From contig CAWGAA010000001.1 in NCBI GenBank assembly GCA_963820525.1, forward strand, positions 2,400,001 to 2,464,000: DNA of 64,000 bases, read 5' to 3'. Below are positions 1 through 9,268 of this stretch, one piece after another. The number at the start of each line of letters is the position of its first letter. Positions within the stretch are counted from its first letter, which is position 1. Both the position numbers and the translations under genes were made by a program. The notes beneath the pieces are model-generated. The model ran no database searches, had not been told where the DNA came from, and saw nothing but the letters and a program-made list of their open reading frames with translations. Source of the stretch: an uncultured Spirochaetota bacterium (GTDB lineage Bacteria; Spirochaetota; Spirochaetia; SZUA-6; Fen-1364).

Positions 1-694
1 GAGCAGCCCCGGCGCCCACCTTGGTGCTCTGCCAGGGGCTCTCGCCGCCCAGGGTGCCCATAACCCAGCGATGCCTGCCCCAATAGGTGAGGTCGGGGCT
101 CTCGCTGTAAAAGATGTCGCCGAAGGGGGTATGGCCCGAATCGCTGGGGCGGTGCAGGACGGCGAACCTGCCGTCGATCTTTCGGGGAAAGAGAACGCCG
201 TTTCTATTGTAGGGAGGGAGGATGTTCTCGGTTCTGAAGAAAGTCTCGAAGTCGAAGGTGTATCCCGCCCCGATGCTTGCGCCGTGATTGCCATCGCACC
301 AGAGAAGGTGGTAGCGGCCCTCGACGCGCACCACGCGCGGATCATACTTGTACTGGGAATCGGGCAGATCGGGATCCGCGGGAGCGAACCTGATGGGCTC
401 GGGGTCGATTCGCCATCTGACGCCGTCCTCGCTGAATCCCCTGTGTATGTTCATTCGGCGGGCGTCATCGTCGACGCGAAAAACTCCGGCAAAGCCCTGC
501 CCGAAGGGCACGACGGCGCTGTTGAACACGCTGTTCGACCTCGTTGTGGCATGACGGTCGATTATGGGATTGCCGGAGCACCGCCAGAGAGGCGAGACGC
601 ACTCCCTGGGACGATCCTCCCAGGGAATCCTCCGCATTGCATTTTCGGCCGGCTCGGCGCGCTCAGCTGCGGCTTTCCTTTTCACTTCAGGCAT
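1..694 (-). CDS. GH130 beta-1,4-mannooligosaccharide phosphorylase (GH130_2/RaMP2-like), 3' end runs off the window
   Basis: Not in the ORF track because it has no stop in the window. Manual translation from ATG at 694 (AGAGGA RBS upstream) gives MPEVKRK...IPWEDRP...NPIIDR...SNSVFNSAVVPF...YKYDPRV...NRNGVLFPRKIDG...RPSDSGHTPFGDIFYSESPDLTYWG...TKVGAG, which are typical GH130 motifs. Confidence 0.92.
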   Translation of the reverse strand, partial: MPEVKRKAAAERAEPAENAMRRIPWEDRPRECVSPLWRCSGNPIIDRHATTRSNSVFNSAVVPFGQGFAGVFRVDDDARRMNIHRGFSEDGVRWRIDPEPIRFAPADPDLPDSQYKYDPRVVRVEGRYHLLWCDGNHGASIGAGYTFDFETFFRTENILPPYNRNGVLFPRKIDGRFAVLHRPSDSGHTPFGDIFYSESPDLTYWGRHRWVMGTLGGESPWQSTKVGAGAA

Positions 695-725
695 GCGATT
701 CCTCTGGGCTTTTCGTTTGATCGGT

Positions 726-743
726 ATGGAAACCGGTTTCCAT
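726..743. promoter_or_regulatory. LacI-family operator (perfect 18-bp palindrome ATGGAAACCGGTTTCCAT)
   Basis: Perfect inverted repeat with the central CG typical of LacI operators. It lies 32 bp upstream of the GH130 start, and a LacI gene is in the same locus. Confidence 0.8.
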
Positions 744-785
744 TTTTATGCAATCAACACCAGATTTCTTGCTGGGCACCAAGCC

Positions 786-813
786 AGATTACCATAGATC
801 GGCCACCTGTCAA
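786..813 (-). promoter_or_regulatory. Sigma70-type promoter for the GH130_2 gene
   Basis: TTGACA-N16-TAATCT on the minus strand, with a TGn extended -10. Confidence 0.55.
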
Positions 814-1031
814 GAGTTTTTTTGCCGCCACCGAGTCTCTCCTTTCGCACCTGGGCCTTTCCGGGGGTCACTGGCATGAAATAATAATGTAAATAATTAT
901 ATGTAAAATAATTATATTGCAGCCATATCAATAAGAAGCAAATGTAAAAAGCGACCTGAGGCTCGCCTCGCGCCGAATATGGGGCCGATGAGGCTCATCC
1001 TTTCCAGATAGAGAAGCCCCGGAAACGACCC

Positions 1032-1060
1032 TTTACAAAGAAACCGATTTCCACGAGAAT
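1032..1060 (+). promoter_or_regulatory. Sigma70-type promoter with a second LacI operator in its spacer
   Basis: TTTACA-N17-GAGAAT. The spacer AAGAAACCGATTTCCAC is a degenerate copy of the 726-743 palindrome. The ATG follows the -10 by only 6 nt. Confidence 0.65.
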
Positions 1061-1066
1061 GATCCC

Positions 1067-2266
1067 ATGATTCCGGAAGATCTTCGCCTCATGGCCTCGG
1101 AGATGGAAAACGAGCTTCGCGTGAATATTCTCCCATTCTGGACGAAATACGTGGACCGCGACAACGGCGGCTTCTTCGGATTTGTAGCGAATGACGGCTC
1201 CGTGGACCGGCGCTCGGACAAGGGAATCGTGGCGCACTCCCGCTTCCTCTGGACCTACGCCGCTGCGTCGCGGATTCTCCGCGATGCGAGCCTCCTCGAA
1301 ACCGCGAAATCCGCCTACAGCTTCATCGTCGACGCTCTCTACGACAAGCGGCGCAAGGGATTCTTCTGGATCACGGACTACCAGGGCGCTCCCAGGACCG
1401 AGAAGAAGGTGATATACGGCCAGGCATTCGCTCTCTACGCTCTGGCCGAGTACGCCCGCTCGGGGGGGCCGCCCCGCGCCCTCGAGCTCGCCATGGAGAC
1501 CTTCGATCTGCTGGAGCGGGTTGCGCGCGACGCGAGCCGGGGCGGCTACTTCGAAGCTGTCGAGCCGGACTGGTCCGCCCCCATCGTCTCCTCATTGAGC
1601 GAGGCGGACTCTCCCTGCGCGAAGAGCATGAACACGAACCTCCACGTCATGGAAGCCCTCTCTTCCCTGTACGCGGCGAGCGGGGAGCCGCGTGTGCGCG
1701 AAGCGCTTGGCTCCCTGATCGAGGTTCATCTCCGGCATATCCTGGCGTCCGGGGACCACCTCGGCCTGTACTTCGACGCGGACTGGAGGCGCCAGGACCG
1801 GACGCTCAGCTTCGGCCACGACATCGAGGCGAGCTGGCTTATCACGGAAGCCGCCGGCCACGCATGGGACGGGGGGCTTTCGGAGAGGATCAGGAAGCGG
1901 GTTCTCGCGGTCGCCGCGGCGACCGCCCGCGCGCTTGACGACAACGGCGGCAGCCTGCCCAATGAGCGCGGGGACGATGCACTGGACGCAGACCGGATCT
2001 GGTGGGTGCAGGCCGAGGCGATCGTCGGGATGGTGAATGCCTGGCAGCTTTCCGAGGACCCCGCCTACCTCAGACGCGCGCGCTCGGTCTGGGAGTTCGT
2101 CAAACGCCGGATCATCGATCGCGAGCACGGAGAATGGCTCTGGGGCGCCCACGCTGACGGAAGCCCCATGGAAGACCGTCCCAAGGGCGGCATCTGGAAG
2201 GCAAGCTATCACAACGGCCGCGCATGCATGGAGATAATGTCACGCGCCGCGGGGGGCTCACCATGA
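1067..2266 (+). CDS. Cellobiose/mannobiose 2-epimerase (AGE family)
   Basis: ILPFW, DRDNGGFFG, SRFLWTYA, YGQAFALYAL, KSMNTNLHVMEA, SFGHDIEASWL, WWVQAE, WKASYHNGR motifs; sits next to GH130 genes. Confidence 0.92.
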   Translation: MIPEDLRLMASEMENELRVNILPFWTKYVDRDNGGFFGFVANDGSVDRRSDKGIVAHSRFLWTYAAASRILRDASLLETAKSAYSFIVDALYDKRRKGFFWITDYQGAPRTEKKVIYGQAFALYALAEYARSGGPPRALELAMETFDLLERVARDASRGGYFEAVEPDWSAPIVSSLSEADSPCAKSMNTNLHVMEALSSLYAASGEPRVREALGSLIEVHLRHILASGDHLGLYFDADWRRQDRTLSFGHDIEASWLITEAAGHAWDGGLSERIRKRVLAVAAATARALDDNGGSLPNERGDDALDADRIWWVQAEAIVGMVNAWQLSEDPAYLRRARSVWEFVKRRIIDREHGEWLWGAHADGSPMEDRPKGGIWKASYHNGRACMEIMSRAAGGSP

Positions 2267-3444
2267 AGCAGGGGACGTACGCCCGGCGGAGGGCCGCGCT
2301 GGAACGCGAGCACGGCAAGCTCGTTTCCCGGAGGAATGAGCCTCTTCTGCCGGGCAATGGGATCTTCATCCGCTACCGCTACCCCATCCTCACCGCGGCA
2401 CATGCCCCCCTGGAGTGGCGCTACGACTTCGACCGGCGGGTCAACCCCTTCTTCATGGAACGGCTGGGCGTCAACGCCGTGTTCAACGCGGGGGCCATCG
2501 CGTGGCAGGGGAGCTACTGCCTGATGTGCCGGATGGAGGGCTGGGACAGGAAAAGCTTTTTCGCGATCGCCCGAAGCTCAACCGGCATCGACGGCTTCCG
2601 CTTCGATCCCGAACCGCTCCTGCTGCCCCAGACCGAGGAGCCCGACGTCAACGTCTACGATATGCGCCTCACCCGGCACGAGGACGGATGGATCTATGGA
2701 GTTTTTTGCAGCGAGCGCAAGGATCCCGCGGCCCCGCGGGGCGATACCTCAAGCGCGGTAGCCGCCGCGGGAATCGTTCGCACGAAAGACCTCCTCCAAT
2801 GGGAGCGCCTCCCCGACATGATCTCGGCTTCCCCGCAGCAGCGCAACGTCGTGCTCCACCCCGAGCTGGTCAAGGGCAGGTACCTTCTCTACACGCGGCC
2901 GCAGGACGGGTTCATCGACACGGGCTCGGGAGGCGGCATCTGCTGGGGCCTGGTGGACGACATGAGGGACCCCCGCGTTGAAGATGAATCCCTCCTGGAC
3001 CCCAAGGAATACCACACGATCAAGGAGCTGAAGAACGGGGCGGGCGCCCCTCCCATCAAGACCCCGAAGGGCTGGCTGCACATCGCGCACGGCGTGCGGG
3101 CAACCGCCGCGGGGCTTCGCTACGTGCTGTATGCCCTGCTTACGGATCCGGCGGATCCGACACGGGTAGTCGCGCGGCCGGGCGGCTATCTCATCGCGCC
3201 GGAAGGCGAGGAGCGCGTCGGCGACGTTTCCAATGTCTGTTTCACCAATGGCGCCATCACGGATGACGACGGGCGCCTCCTCATCTACTACGCAAGCTCC
3301 GACACGCGGCTCCACGTGGCGGAGACCTCGATCCCGCGCATGCTGGACTACTGCCTGAACACCCCGCCGGACCGCGGGGCGAGCCGCGCCGGCGTCGAGG
3401 AGCGCCTGCGGCTACTCAGGGCAAACCGGGTGCTGCGGGGATGA
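2263..3444 (+). CDS. mgp: 4-O-beta-D-mannosyl-D-glucose phosphorylase (GH130_1)
   Basis: RYRYPILTAAHAPLEWRYD, NPFFMERLGVNAVFNAGAI, NVYDMRLTRHEDGWIYG, QQRNVVLHP, ERVGDVSNV, YYASSDTRLHVA. ATGA overlap with the epimerase stop sets the start at 2263. Confidence 0.93.
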   Translation: MKQGTYARRRAALEREHGKLVSRRNEPLLPGNGIFIRYRYPILTAAHAPLEWRYDFDRRVNPFFMERLGVNAVFNAGAIAWQGSYCLMCRMEGWDRKSFFAIARSSTGIDGFRFDPEPLLLPQTEEPDVNVYDMRLTRHEDGWIYGVFCSERKDPAAPRGDTSSAVAAAGIVRTKDLLQWERLPDMISASPQQRNVVLHPELVKGRYLLYTRPQDGFIDTGSGGGICWGLVDDMRDPRVEDESLLDPKEYHTIKELKNGAGAPPIKTPKGWLHIAHGVRATAAGLRYVLYALLTDPADPTRVVARPGGYLIAPEGEERVGDVSNVCFTNGAITDDDGRLLIYYASSDTRLHVAETSIPRMLDYCLNTPPDRGASRAGVEERLRLLRANRVLRG

Positions 3445-3520
3445 GCCCGATCTTGCGCAGAACGAGCGCTCTTCCTTGCCGCCGGATCGTCGTTTACGCT
3501 ATCATGAACCGAGGGGATCC

Positions 3521-4636
3521 ATGCAGCGTACCATAACTTCGATCACGATCAACGAAATAGCGCGGATCGCCGGTGTGGCCAAGGGGACCGTGTCCAAGGT
3601 CCTCAACAACTACCATGGGATCAACGAGCGCACGCGCCAGCGGGTCCTGAAAATCGTCAAGGACCTGAACTACGAGCCCAACTCGGCTGCCCAGACCCTC
3701 GCGCTTCGAAGAACCGGCAACATCGGCCTGATCATCCCCCACTCCCCCGAGCATTCCCTCACCGGCGCCTACTGGTCTTCCCTGGTGAGCGCGATCACCC
3801 GCGAGGCGACGCGACTCGGCTACAGCCTTGCCCTCCTCCTCCCCCAGGCTGAGGGACTGCTCCCGGACCTGTTCCGCTCCATCGTGCGCAAGAAAAGGGT
3901 CGACGGCCTGATCGTCGGCGCCGAGCTCATGGACAAGGGGTACTTTGCCACCCTCCTGTCGACGGAGGCCCACTTCGTGATGCTGGGCAGAAACCCCGCT
4001 TTCATCCACCACTGCGTCGACATCGACAACCGCGCGGCCGGCGCCTCCATCGCCTCCTACCTCATCGGCCGCGGCTATCGAAGGCCGCTGTTTATCGGGG
4101 GGCCTTCCGAGTACTACTACATGGCGGATCGTGCCGCGGGCTTCGCCGAAAGCGTGCGCGCCGCCGGTCTGGAGCCTCTCCAGGCGTTGTTCCTCCCCTA
4201 CGAGGACCGCGAAACGATGAAGAGCGTCCTCACCGGAGTCGTCGAGTCGGGCGGGCCTGATTCGGCCGTCGTGGGGGCGGGCGGCGACTTCATGTTCGAC
4301 GCGCTGGCCGCCTTCGAGGCATTGGGCCTCCGCCCGCCCGAGTTCGGCTTCGCCACCTTCGACGATTACCGATTCCTCGACTTCCTCAAGCCGCCCATCA
4401 CGGCCGTGGCCCAGCCCGTGAGCCGCATGGGCAAGGAGGCGGTCAGGATACTGGTGGAGCTTCTCAAGTCGCCCCGGGAGCCGGCAGGCCGGGATCGGTG
4501 CGTGATCCTGGACACGTCCATCATCGGCCGCGCGAGCTGCGGCGAGACGTACCCGGTTTCGGCCGCTCAGAAGGACTGCGATTTCTTCGCTTTCCAGCGC
4601 GATCAGAAGACAACCAGGCGCCGCGGCCAGACCTAG
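3521..4636 (+). CDS. LacI-family transcriptional regulator
   Basis: N-terminal HTH TINEIARIAGVAKGTVSKVLN...LNYEPNSAAQTL, followed by a sugar-binding domain ending PPITAVAQP. Confidence 0.95.
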   Translation: MQRTITSITINEIARIAGVAKGTVSKVLNNYHGINERTRQRVLKIVKDLNYEPNSAAQTLALRRTGNIGLIIPHSPEHSLTGAYWSSLVSAITREATRLGYSLALLLPQAEGLLPDLFRSIVRKKRVDGLIVGAELMDKGYFATLLSTEAHFVMLGRNPAFIHHCVDIDNRAAGASIASYLIGRGYRRPLFIGGPSEYYYMADRAAGFAESVRAAGLEPLQALFLPYEDRETMKSVLTGVVESGGPDSAVVGAGGDFMFDALAAFEALGLRPPEFGFATFDDYRFLDFLKPPITAVAQPVSRMGKEAVRILVELLKSPREPAGRDRCVILDTSIIGRASCGETYPVSAAQKDCDFFAFQRDQKTTRRRGQT

Positions 4637-4850
4637 ACCTGCGGCGGCTTTTCGAGCGAAGTGAGAAAAACGCCGCTGGGAGGGCGGAGGCGCGCGGAGC
4701 CCTGTGGCGATAGTCCGCCGCATAAGGCGGCAGCGCGCCCATAGACCTGCGGCGGCTTTTCGAGCGGAGCGAGAAAACGCCGCTGGGAGGTCGGAGGCGC
4801 GCGGAGCCCTGTGGCGGTAATCCGCCGCATAAGGCGGCAGCGCGCCCTAG
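4634..4850. repeat. Two tandem ~107-bp GC-rich palindromic (REP-like) units
   Basis: 4634-4740 and 4742-4847 are near-identical. Each starts TAGACCTGCGGCGGCTTTTCGAGCG and ends GCATAAGGCGGCAGCGCGCCC, with internal hairpins. The array lies between convergent stop codons. Confidence 0.9.
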
Positions 4851-5095
4851 GAGAACACTCTCTTCAGCCCCGGGATCTTGCGCAGCAGGAACACCACGGC
4901 GAAAGCGAGCGGGAGCAGGATCAGGGCCGCCGCTTCCCACTTGGCCAGCGGGTGCGCGCCCCAGGGCTTCAGCAGAAAAAGAGATACGGCAACCAGAATG
5001 GGCGCGTGAAAGACGTACACGCCGAAGGCATTTTCGGAGAGGAACTTCGAGAACGCGCCCCGCTCCTTCGCCCTGTCGCGGAAGAGCACGAGCAG
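4847..5095 (-). pseudogene. C-terminal fragment of an acyltransferase-3 family membrane protein
   Basis: LLVLFRDR...FLSENAFGVYVFHAPILVAV...LLRKIPGLKRVF matches the C-terminus of acyltransferase-3 proteins. There is no N-terminal part or RBS, and it begins right at the acetamidase stop codon. Confidence 0.7.
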
Positions 5096-5096
5096 G

Positions 5097-5993
5097 TCAG
5101 AGGGAAAAACCGTACTTCGCCAGAATCTCTGTCGGAAACTCGAAGCGCACCGTTTTCAGCGGATCCACGATCTGGCAGAACTTCAGCTCCCCCACGAGGC
5201 TCATGAGCATCCCCGCGTCGTTCAGCGGAATGCCCACAAGGTCTGTAAGGAACCTTGCCATCCTGTGCGTGGCCTCTGAAGCGGCTTCATCCGACGTGGG
5301 CGCAGCCACGATCGTGGCGACCACCTTTTTATTCGAAACGAAGGGCGTGGGAAGCCCCGGAAGATCCACCACCCGGGCTTTGAGCCGGACTTCTCCGGGG
5401 GTTTCGGCGCCGCAGACCACGATCTCCCCGTCTCCCATGGCCGCGTGAAGGTCTCCCGCGCCCAAAAGGGCGCCATCCACGCCGACGGTCAGGAACAGAC
5501 TCGCCCCGGCGCCGATGAGGGTGCAGTCCATGTTTCCCCCGTGGGCTCCCGGAGTTCCATTGGGGACCTCTCCCGCGGCGGGGGCAACTCCGATCACGCC
5601 GATCATCGGGCGCTTGGCAACGCGCAGATTCCGAAACAGAATCTCGTCCCCTTCCCGACGCAGGACCGCCGTCTCCATCTTGGTGATCACGTCTCCCAGG
5701 GCGCCTTCACCGGGGATGGTCACCATTGTCGAGGTTTCCCCCACGGATACCTCCAGCAGGTCGACGCGCAGGATGTCCCCCGGCTTCACCCCTTCGATGT
5801 AGACGGGACCCGTGGCGGGATTCACATGGCTCCAATCAAGGGCTGAAATCAGGTCGCGCTCGCTTTTGAGCTGGCCCTGGAAGCAGTCATGGGTCTCGAT
5901 GACCACCTCCTCACCCTGCTTGACGCGCGCCACGGGGTGAAGCGAAGGGCTGAAAGCGAAAAACACGTTATCTCTCGAAACCCTCACCGCCAT
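5097..5993 (-). CDS. Acetamidase/formamidase family protein
   Basis: ETHDCF, NPATGPVYIEGVKPGDILRV, PMIGVIGVAP, PGAHGGNMD, GDLHAAMGDGEI motifs. Confidence 0.92.
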   Translation of the reverse strand: MAVRVSRDNVFFAFSPSLHPVARVKQGEEVVIETHDCFQGQLKSERDLISALDWSHVNPATGPVYIEGVKPGDILRVDLLEVSVGETSTMVTIPGEGALGDVITKMETAVLRREGDEILFRNLRVAKRPMIGVIGVAPAAGEVPNGTPGAHGGNMDCTLIGAGASLFLTVGVDGALLGAGDLHAAMGDGEIVVCGAETPGEVRLKARVVDLPGLPTPFVSNKKVVATIVAAPTSDEAASEATHRMARFLTDLVGIPLNDAGMLMSLVGELKFCQIVDPLKTVRFEFPTEILAKYGFSL

Positions 5994-6014
5994 CTCCCCA
6001 CCCTCCTTCAGCCT

Positions 6015-7310
6015 TCAGGCAGGCATCCCGGTGAGCCCGGCTTCCGCGTTCAGCTTCGCCCACATCCGCCGGTATGCCGGGTCCTTGAATGAAAGATCGC
6101 CCCGGGAGCGCAGGCGGGCAATCCACGCCTCCGTCTCCTCGAGCGCCGTCCGGAAGCAGTGCTCCATGAAGTCGCGCTTCTCGGCCGCCGTGCCCTTGCG
6201 GACCGTAGGGGCCGCCTTGAGGAACCCGCTCTCAAGAGCGTCGAAATCGGAGCGGATCTCGGGCACGATCCTCGTGAAATCGGCCATCGCCCGTCGATGG
6301 AGAAGCTCGTGCTTCCACCACAGGGAGCGTGGATCGAAATGCTCGGTGGGAAGCGGGCCGATGTCGGGAAGCTCGAGGCCGGGGAACACGGGTTTGAAGA
6401 TCGAGAGGCAGGTGCCGGAGGTGCCGGTGACCCACGCCAGGATGTCTTCGCCCCTGATGTCGGCCACCATGACCCCGTCCGCCTGCCACCAGCGGTCCTT
6501 CTGCGGGCCCGCGTGCATGCACAGGCTGGAATGAACGGGAGCCGTGGCCGGGTCGTAGCCGTCTCCATGCAGCCGCATCAGATTGAAAATCGTGGCTGCC
6601 GTGATCGAGCCTTTCGACTCTCTCAGCCCGTCGGAGCTCGTCCGTTGCCGCTGGGGCGCCCCCAAAGCCGGGGGAACCTCGGGCAGGGCGAAGGTGGAAG
6701 CCCAATCCAGGGACCCTTTCTCATCCGCCTCCGAGCAGCGCTCCCAGTCTCTGCGGATGCCCAGCATGTTCGAGATCGAAGCGATATTCTCGACCCCGCG
6801 CACCGCCCACTTGCGGCCGGCCGTCTCCAGCACGTACGCTTCGCGGGCATCGGCCATGAGGAAGCTTGAGTCGAAGTGGGAGTTTCCCTTGAGCTCGGCG
6901 CTCCCTCCCTGTCCGTAGGTTTCCAGCAGGCGCGTCATCACCTCGATTGCTTCGCGGCAGCTCCTCGCCCGCTCCAGGCCGAGCCTCATCAGGTCGGGAC
7001 CGATGATCCCGTCCCCCGCCTCTTTCATCTCCGTGGTGAATACGGCTTCCTCGCCCATGCAGAGGCCGAACTCGTTCACGCCGATCTCGCATCCGTAGGT
7101 CCAGAAGGCCTTGGTGAGGATGAGCTCGAAGGTCTCATCGGCCTGGGGGATGACGAGGTGGGTCAGGCGCACAGCCTCCCCGGGAACGTGGCGCGCGCGG
7201 GGGATGTGCACGAGGGCATTGGCCTCGTTCACCTCGCAATCGGCGCTCTTAGCGAAGAGAACGGCGCCGTCGGCGGCTGCCGGCGGCAGGGCGACAAGGG
7301 AATCGCACAT
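6015..7310 (-). CDS. Peptidase C69 / secernin-like Ntn hydrolase
   Basis: N-terminal nucleophile MCDSLVA, FAKSAD, YGCEIGVNEFGLCMGEEAV, DLMRLGLERA, SFLMADAREAYVLETAG, CMHAG, GTSGTCLSIFKP. Confidence 0.88.
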   Translation of the reverse strand: MCDSLVALPPAAADGAVLFAKSADCEVNEANALVHIPRARHVPGEAVRLTHLVIPQADETFELILTKAFWTYGCEIGVNEFGLCMGEEAVFTTEMKEAGDGIIGPDLMRLGLERARSCREAIEVMTRLLETYGQGGSAELKGNSHFDSSFLMADAREAYVLETAGRKWAVRGVENIASISNMLGIRRDWERCSEADEKGSLDWASTFALPEVPPALGAPQRQRTSSDGLRESKGSITAATIFNLMRLHGDGYDPATAPVHSSLCMHAGPQKDRWWQADGVMVADIRGEDILAWVTGTSGTCLSIFKPVFPGLELPDIGPLPTEHFDPRSLWWKHELLHRRAMADFTRIVPEIRSDFDALESGFLKAAPTVRKGTAAEKRDFMEHCFRTALEETEAWIARLRSRGDLSFKDPAYRRMWAKLNAEAGLTGMPA

Positions 7311-7322
7311 AGAGGCCTCCCG

Positions 7323-8378
7323 CTAGGAATCCGGCGAGCGCTTCCGCTTTGCCAGGGAGGCGATGTCTTCCCAGACGAGCTCGCGGCCGCCCATGATGCC
7401 GGAAGGACGGAGGATCAGGATTACGATCAGGAGGCACGCCATGACCACCTCGGTGAATCCCACCAGGCTGCTGGGAAGTATCCGGGACATGTTCACGTTG
7501 TTCTCGATCGAGCGAAGCCCCTCCCGCAGTATCGTCACCAGCACCGTGCCGATCACGGCGCCGGAAACGCTCTGGGGTCCTCCGATCACCAGCATGGCGA
7601 GGAAGACGAACATGGCGGGGAGGTAGAAGGAGTAGGGGGAGAAGGAGGTGATGAAGTGGGCCCACAGCGCTCCGGCGAATCCGGCCATGAACGCGCTCAG
7701 GATGAAGGAGATGTAGCGCATCACGACGATGTTGATTCCGATGCAGGAAGCGGCGCTTGAGTCGTCGCGCGAGGCGCGCAGCTTCAGCCCGATAGAGGAC
7801 TCCTTGAACCACCAGGCCACGCCGAGGAACAGCACCCCGAAGACGGTGGCCGTTCCCAGGTACGTGAAGCGGTCGACGCCGAAGAGAGTCCGCGGCCCGT
7901 TGGTGACGGCGGACCAGTGGACCAGTACCACGTTGATGATCACCAGCAGCGAGAAGATCGTGATGACCCCGGCCGCATCGGAGAGGCGCATGAGGGGATA
8001 GCTCACGATTGCCGCCACCAGGGCGGCGATGAGCCCCCCGATCAGGAGGGAAGCGAGAAAGGGAAGCTGGACATGCGTGAGCAGCGGGTAGAGGTCCGGC
8101 AGGGCCGCGGCCTTGGCGGCGGGGCTCATGGAGAAGAGCACCGAGCCGTACGCGCCGATCCCCATGAATCCCGCCACGGCGAAGGAGAGGATCCCCGAGT
8201 TTCCCATGAACACCTGGAGCGCCAGCACGAGGATGAGGTCCATGAACAGCACCGTGACGATGCGCTCGATCAGGGTATCTCCTATCAGGAAGGTGACGCC
8301 GGAAGCCAGCAGGAGGGGTACGGTCAGGATGAAGAACGTGGAGTTTCTGGAAAGCCAGGGGGTGAGCTTCATTGTCAT
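7323..8378 (-). CDS. livM: Branched-chain amino acid-type ABC transporter permease (LivM-like)
   Basis: Hydrophobic; GILSF..AGFMGIGAY, GLKLRASRDD, MLVIGG. Start set by ATGA overlap with the livH stop; the 5' extension in the ORF track is spurious. Confidence 0.9.
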   Translation of the reverse strand: MTMKLTPWLSRNSTFFILTVPLLLASGVTFLIGDTLIERIVTVLFMDLILVLALQVFMGNSGILSFAVAGFMGIGAYGSVLFSMSPAAKAAALPDLYPLLTHVQLPFLASLLIGGLIAALVAAIVSYPLMRLSDAAGVITIFSLLVIINVVLVHWSAVTNGPRTLFGVDRFTYLGTATVFGVLFLGVAWWFKESSIGLKLRASRDDSSAASCIGINIVVMRYISFILSAFMAGFAGALWAHFITSFSPYSFYLPAMFVFLAMLVIGGPQSVSGAVIGTVLVTILREGLRSIENNVNMSRILPSSLVGFTEVVMACLLIVILILRPSGIMGGRELVWEDIASLAKRKRSPDS

Positions 8379-9268
8379 CCAATCCGTTTGGAAGAGGTGG
8401 CCCCGCGGATGAGCCCTTCGGGACGGAAGAGAAGGATAAGGATCACGATGACGAACATGAACGCCTCGCGGTACTCCATCAGGCCCGGGGGCAGGAGAAC
8501 GCCGATGAGGCTGAAGACGATTCCGTAGATGTAGCCGCCCACGACGGCCCCGGCGAGACTCCGCATTCCGCCGATCACGGTGGCCACGAAGGCGACCAGC
8601 AGGGGCGCCCCGCCGATGGTCGGCGTCACGGATGCCGTGCGGCCCACCCAGAACAATGCCACCACTCCCGCAAGGAGGCCGCTGATCGCGAATGCGGCCG
8701 AAATCACCAGGTTTGCCGGCACTCCCAGGATGCGCGTCATCCTGAAGTTGTCGGAGGCGGCGCGAAGCGCGATGCCAAGAACCGTTTTTCTGAGCAGCAG
8801 GATGAGCAGGAAAAGAAGGGCAAGGCTCGTGACGATTGCCAGGATGTTTCGGATGGGAATGTCCTGACCCAGAACCATGACGCTCTGGCTGAAGGCACCC
8901 GGCAGGGGCACGCCGCGGGCGCGCGGGGAAATGATGAGCAGGGCCGCGTTCTGAAGCAGGGCGCTCACGGCAAAGGAGGTGATCAGCATGGCCGTGGGAG
9001 AGTGCTCCCTCACCGGGCGGAACGCCACGCGCTCGGTGAGGTAGCTTGTGAGAACCGCCACTCCCACGGAAAGGACCGCCATGACGATCCAGGGGAGAAC
9101 GGGCCCCAGGGCGAGGACGAAGAGCGAATACCCCGTGATCATGAGAAGCTCGCCGTAGGCGAAGTTCACGAGGTTGAGGATGCCGTATACGATCACCATC
9201 CCCAGCGCGAGCAGGGCGTACGTGCTTCCCAGGCTGAGGGCATTGATGATGAAGTCCAGGGTTATCAC
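8375..9268 (-). CDS. livH: Branched-chain amino acid-type ABC transporter permease (LivH-like)
   Basis: GSTYALLALGMVIVYGILNLVNFAYGE, GIALRA, VIGGMRS, LLFRPEGL. Confidence 0.92.
   Translation of the reverse strand: MITLDFIINALSLGSTYALLALGMVIVYGILNLVNFAYGELLMITGYSLFVLALGPVLPWIVMAVLSVGVAVLTSYLTERVAFRPVREHSPTAMLITSFAVSALLQNAALLIISPRARGVPLPGAFSQSVMVLGQDIPIRNILAIVTSLALLFLLILLLRKTVLGIALRAASDNFRMTRILGVPANLVISAAFAISGLLAGVVALFWVGRTASVTPTIGGAPLLVAFVATVIGGMRSLAGAVVGGYIYGIVFSLIGVLLPPGLMEYREAFMFVIVILILLFRPEGLIRGATSSKRIG

Noticed and set aside
71..892. 273-aa plus-strand ORF
   Set aside because: Antisense shadow of the minus-strand GH130 gene; no recognisable motifs.
4634..4850. Possible CRISPR array
   Set aside because: Only two ~107-bp units, no unique spacers and no cas genes.
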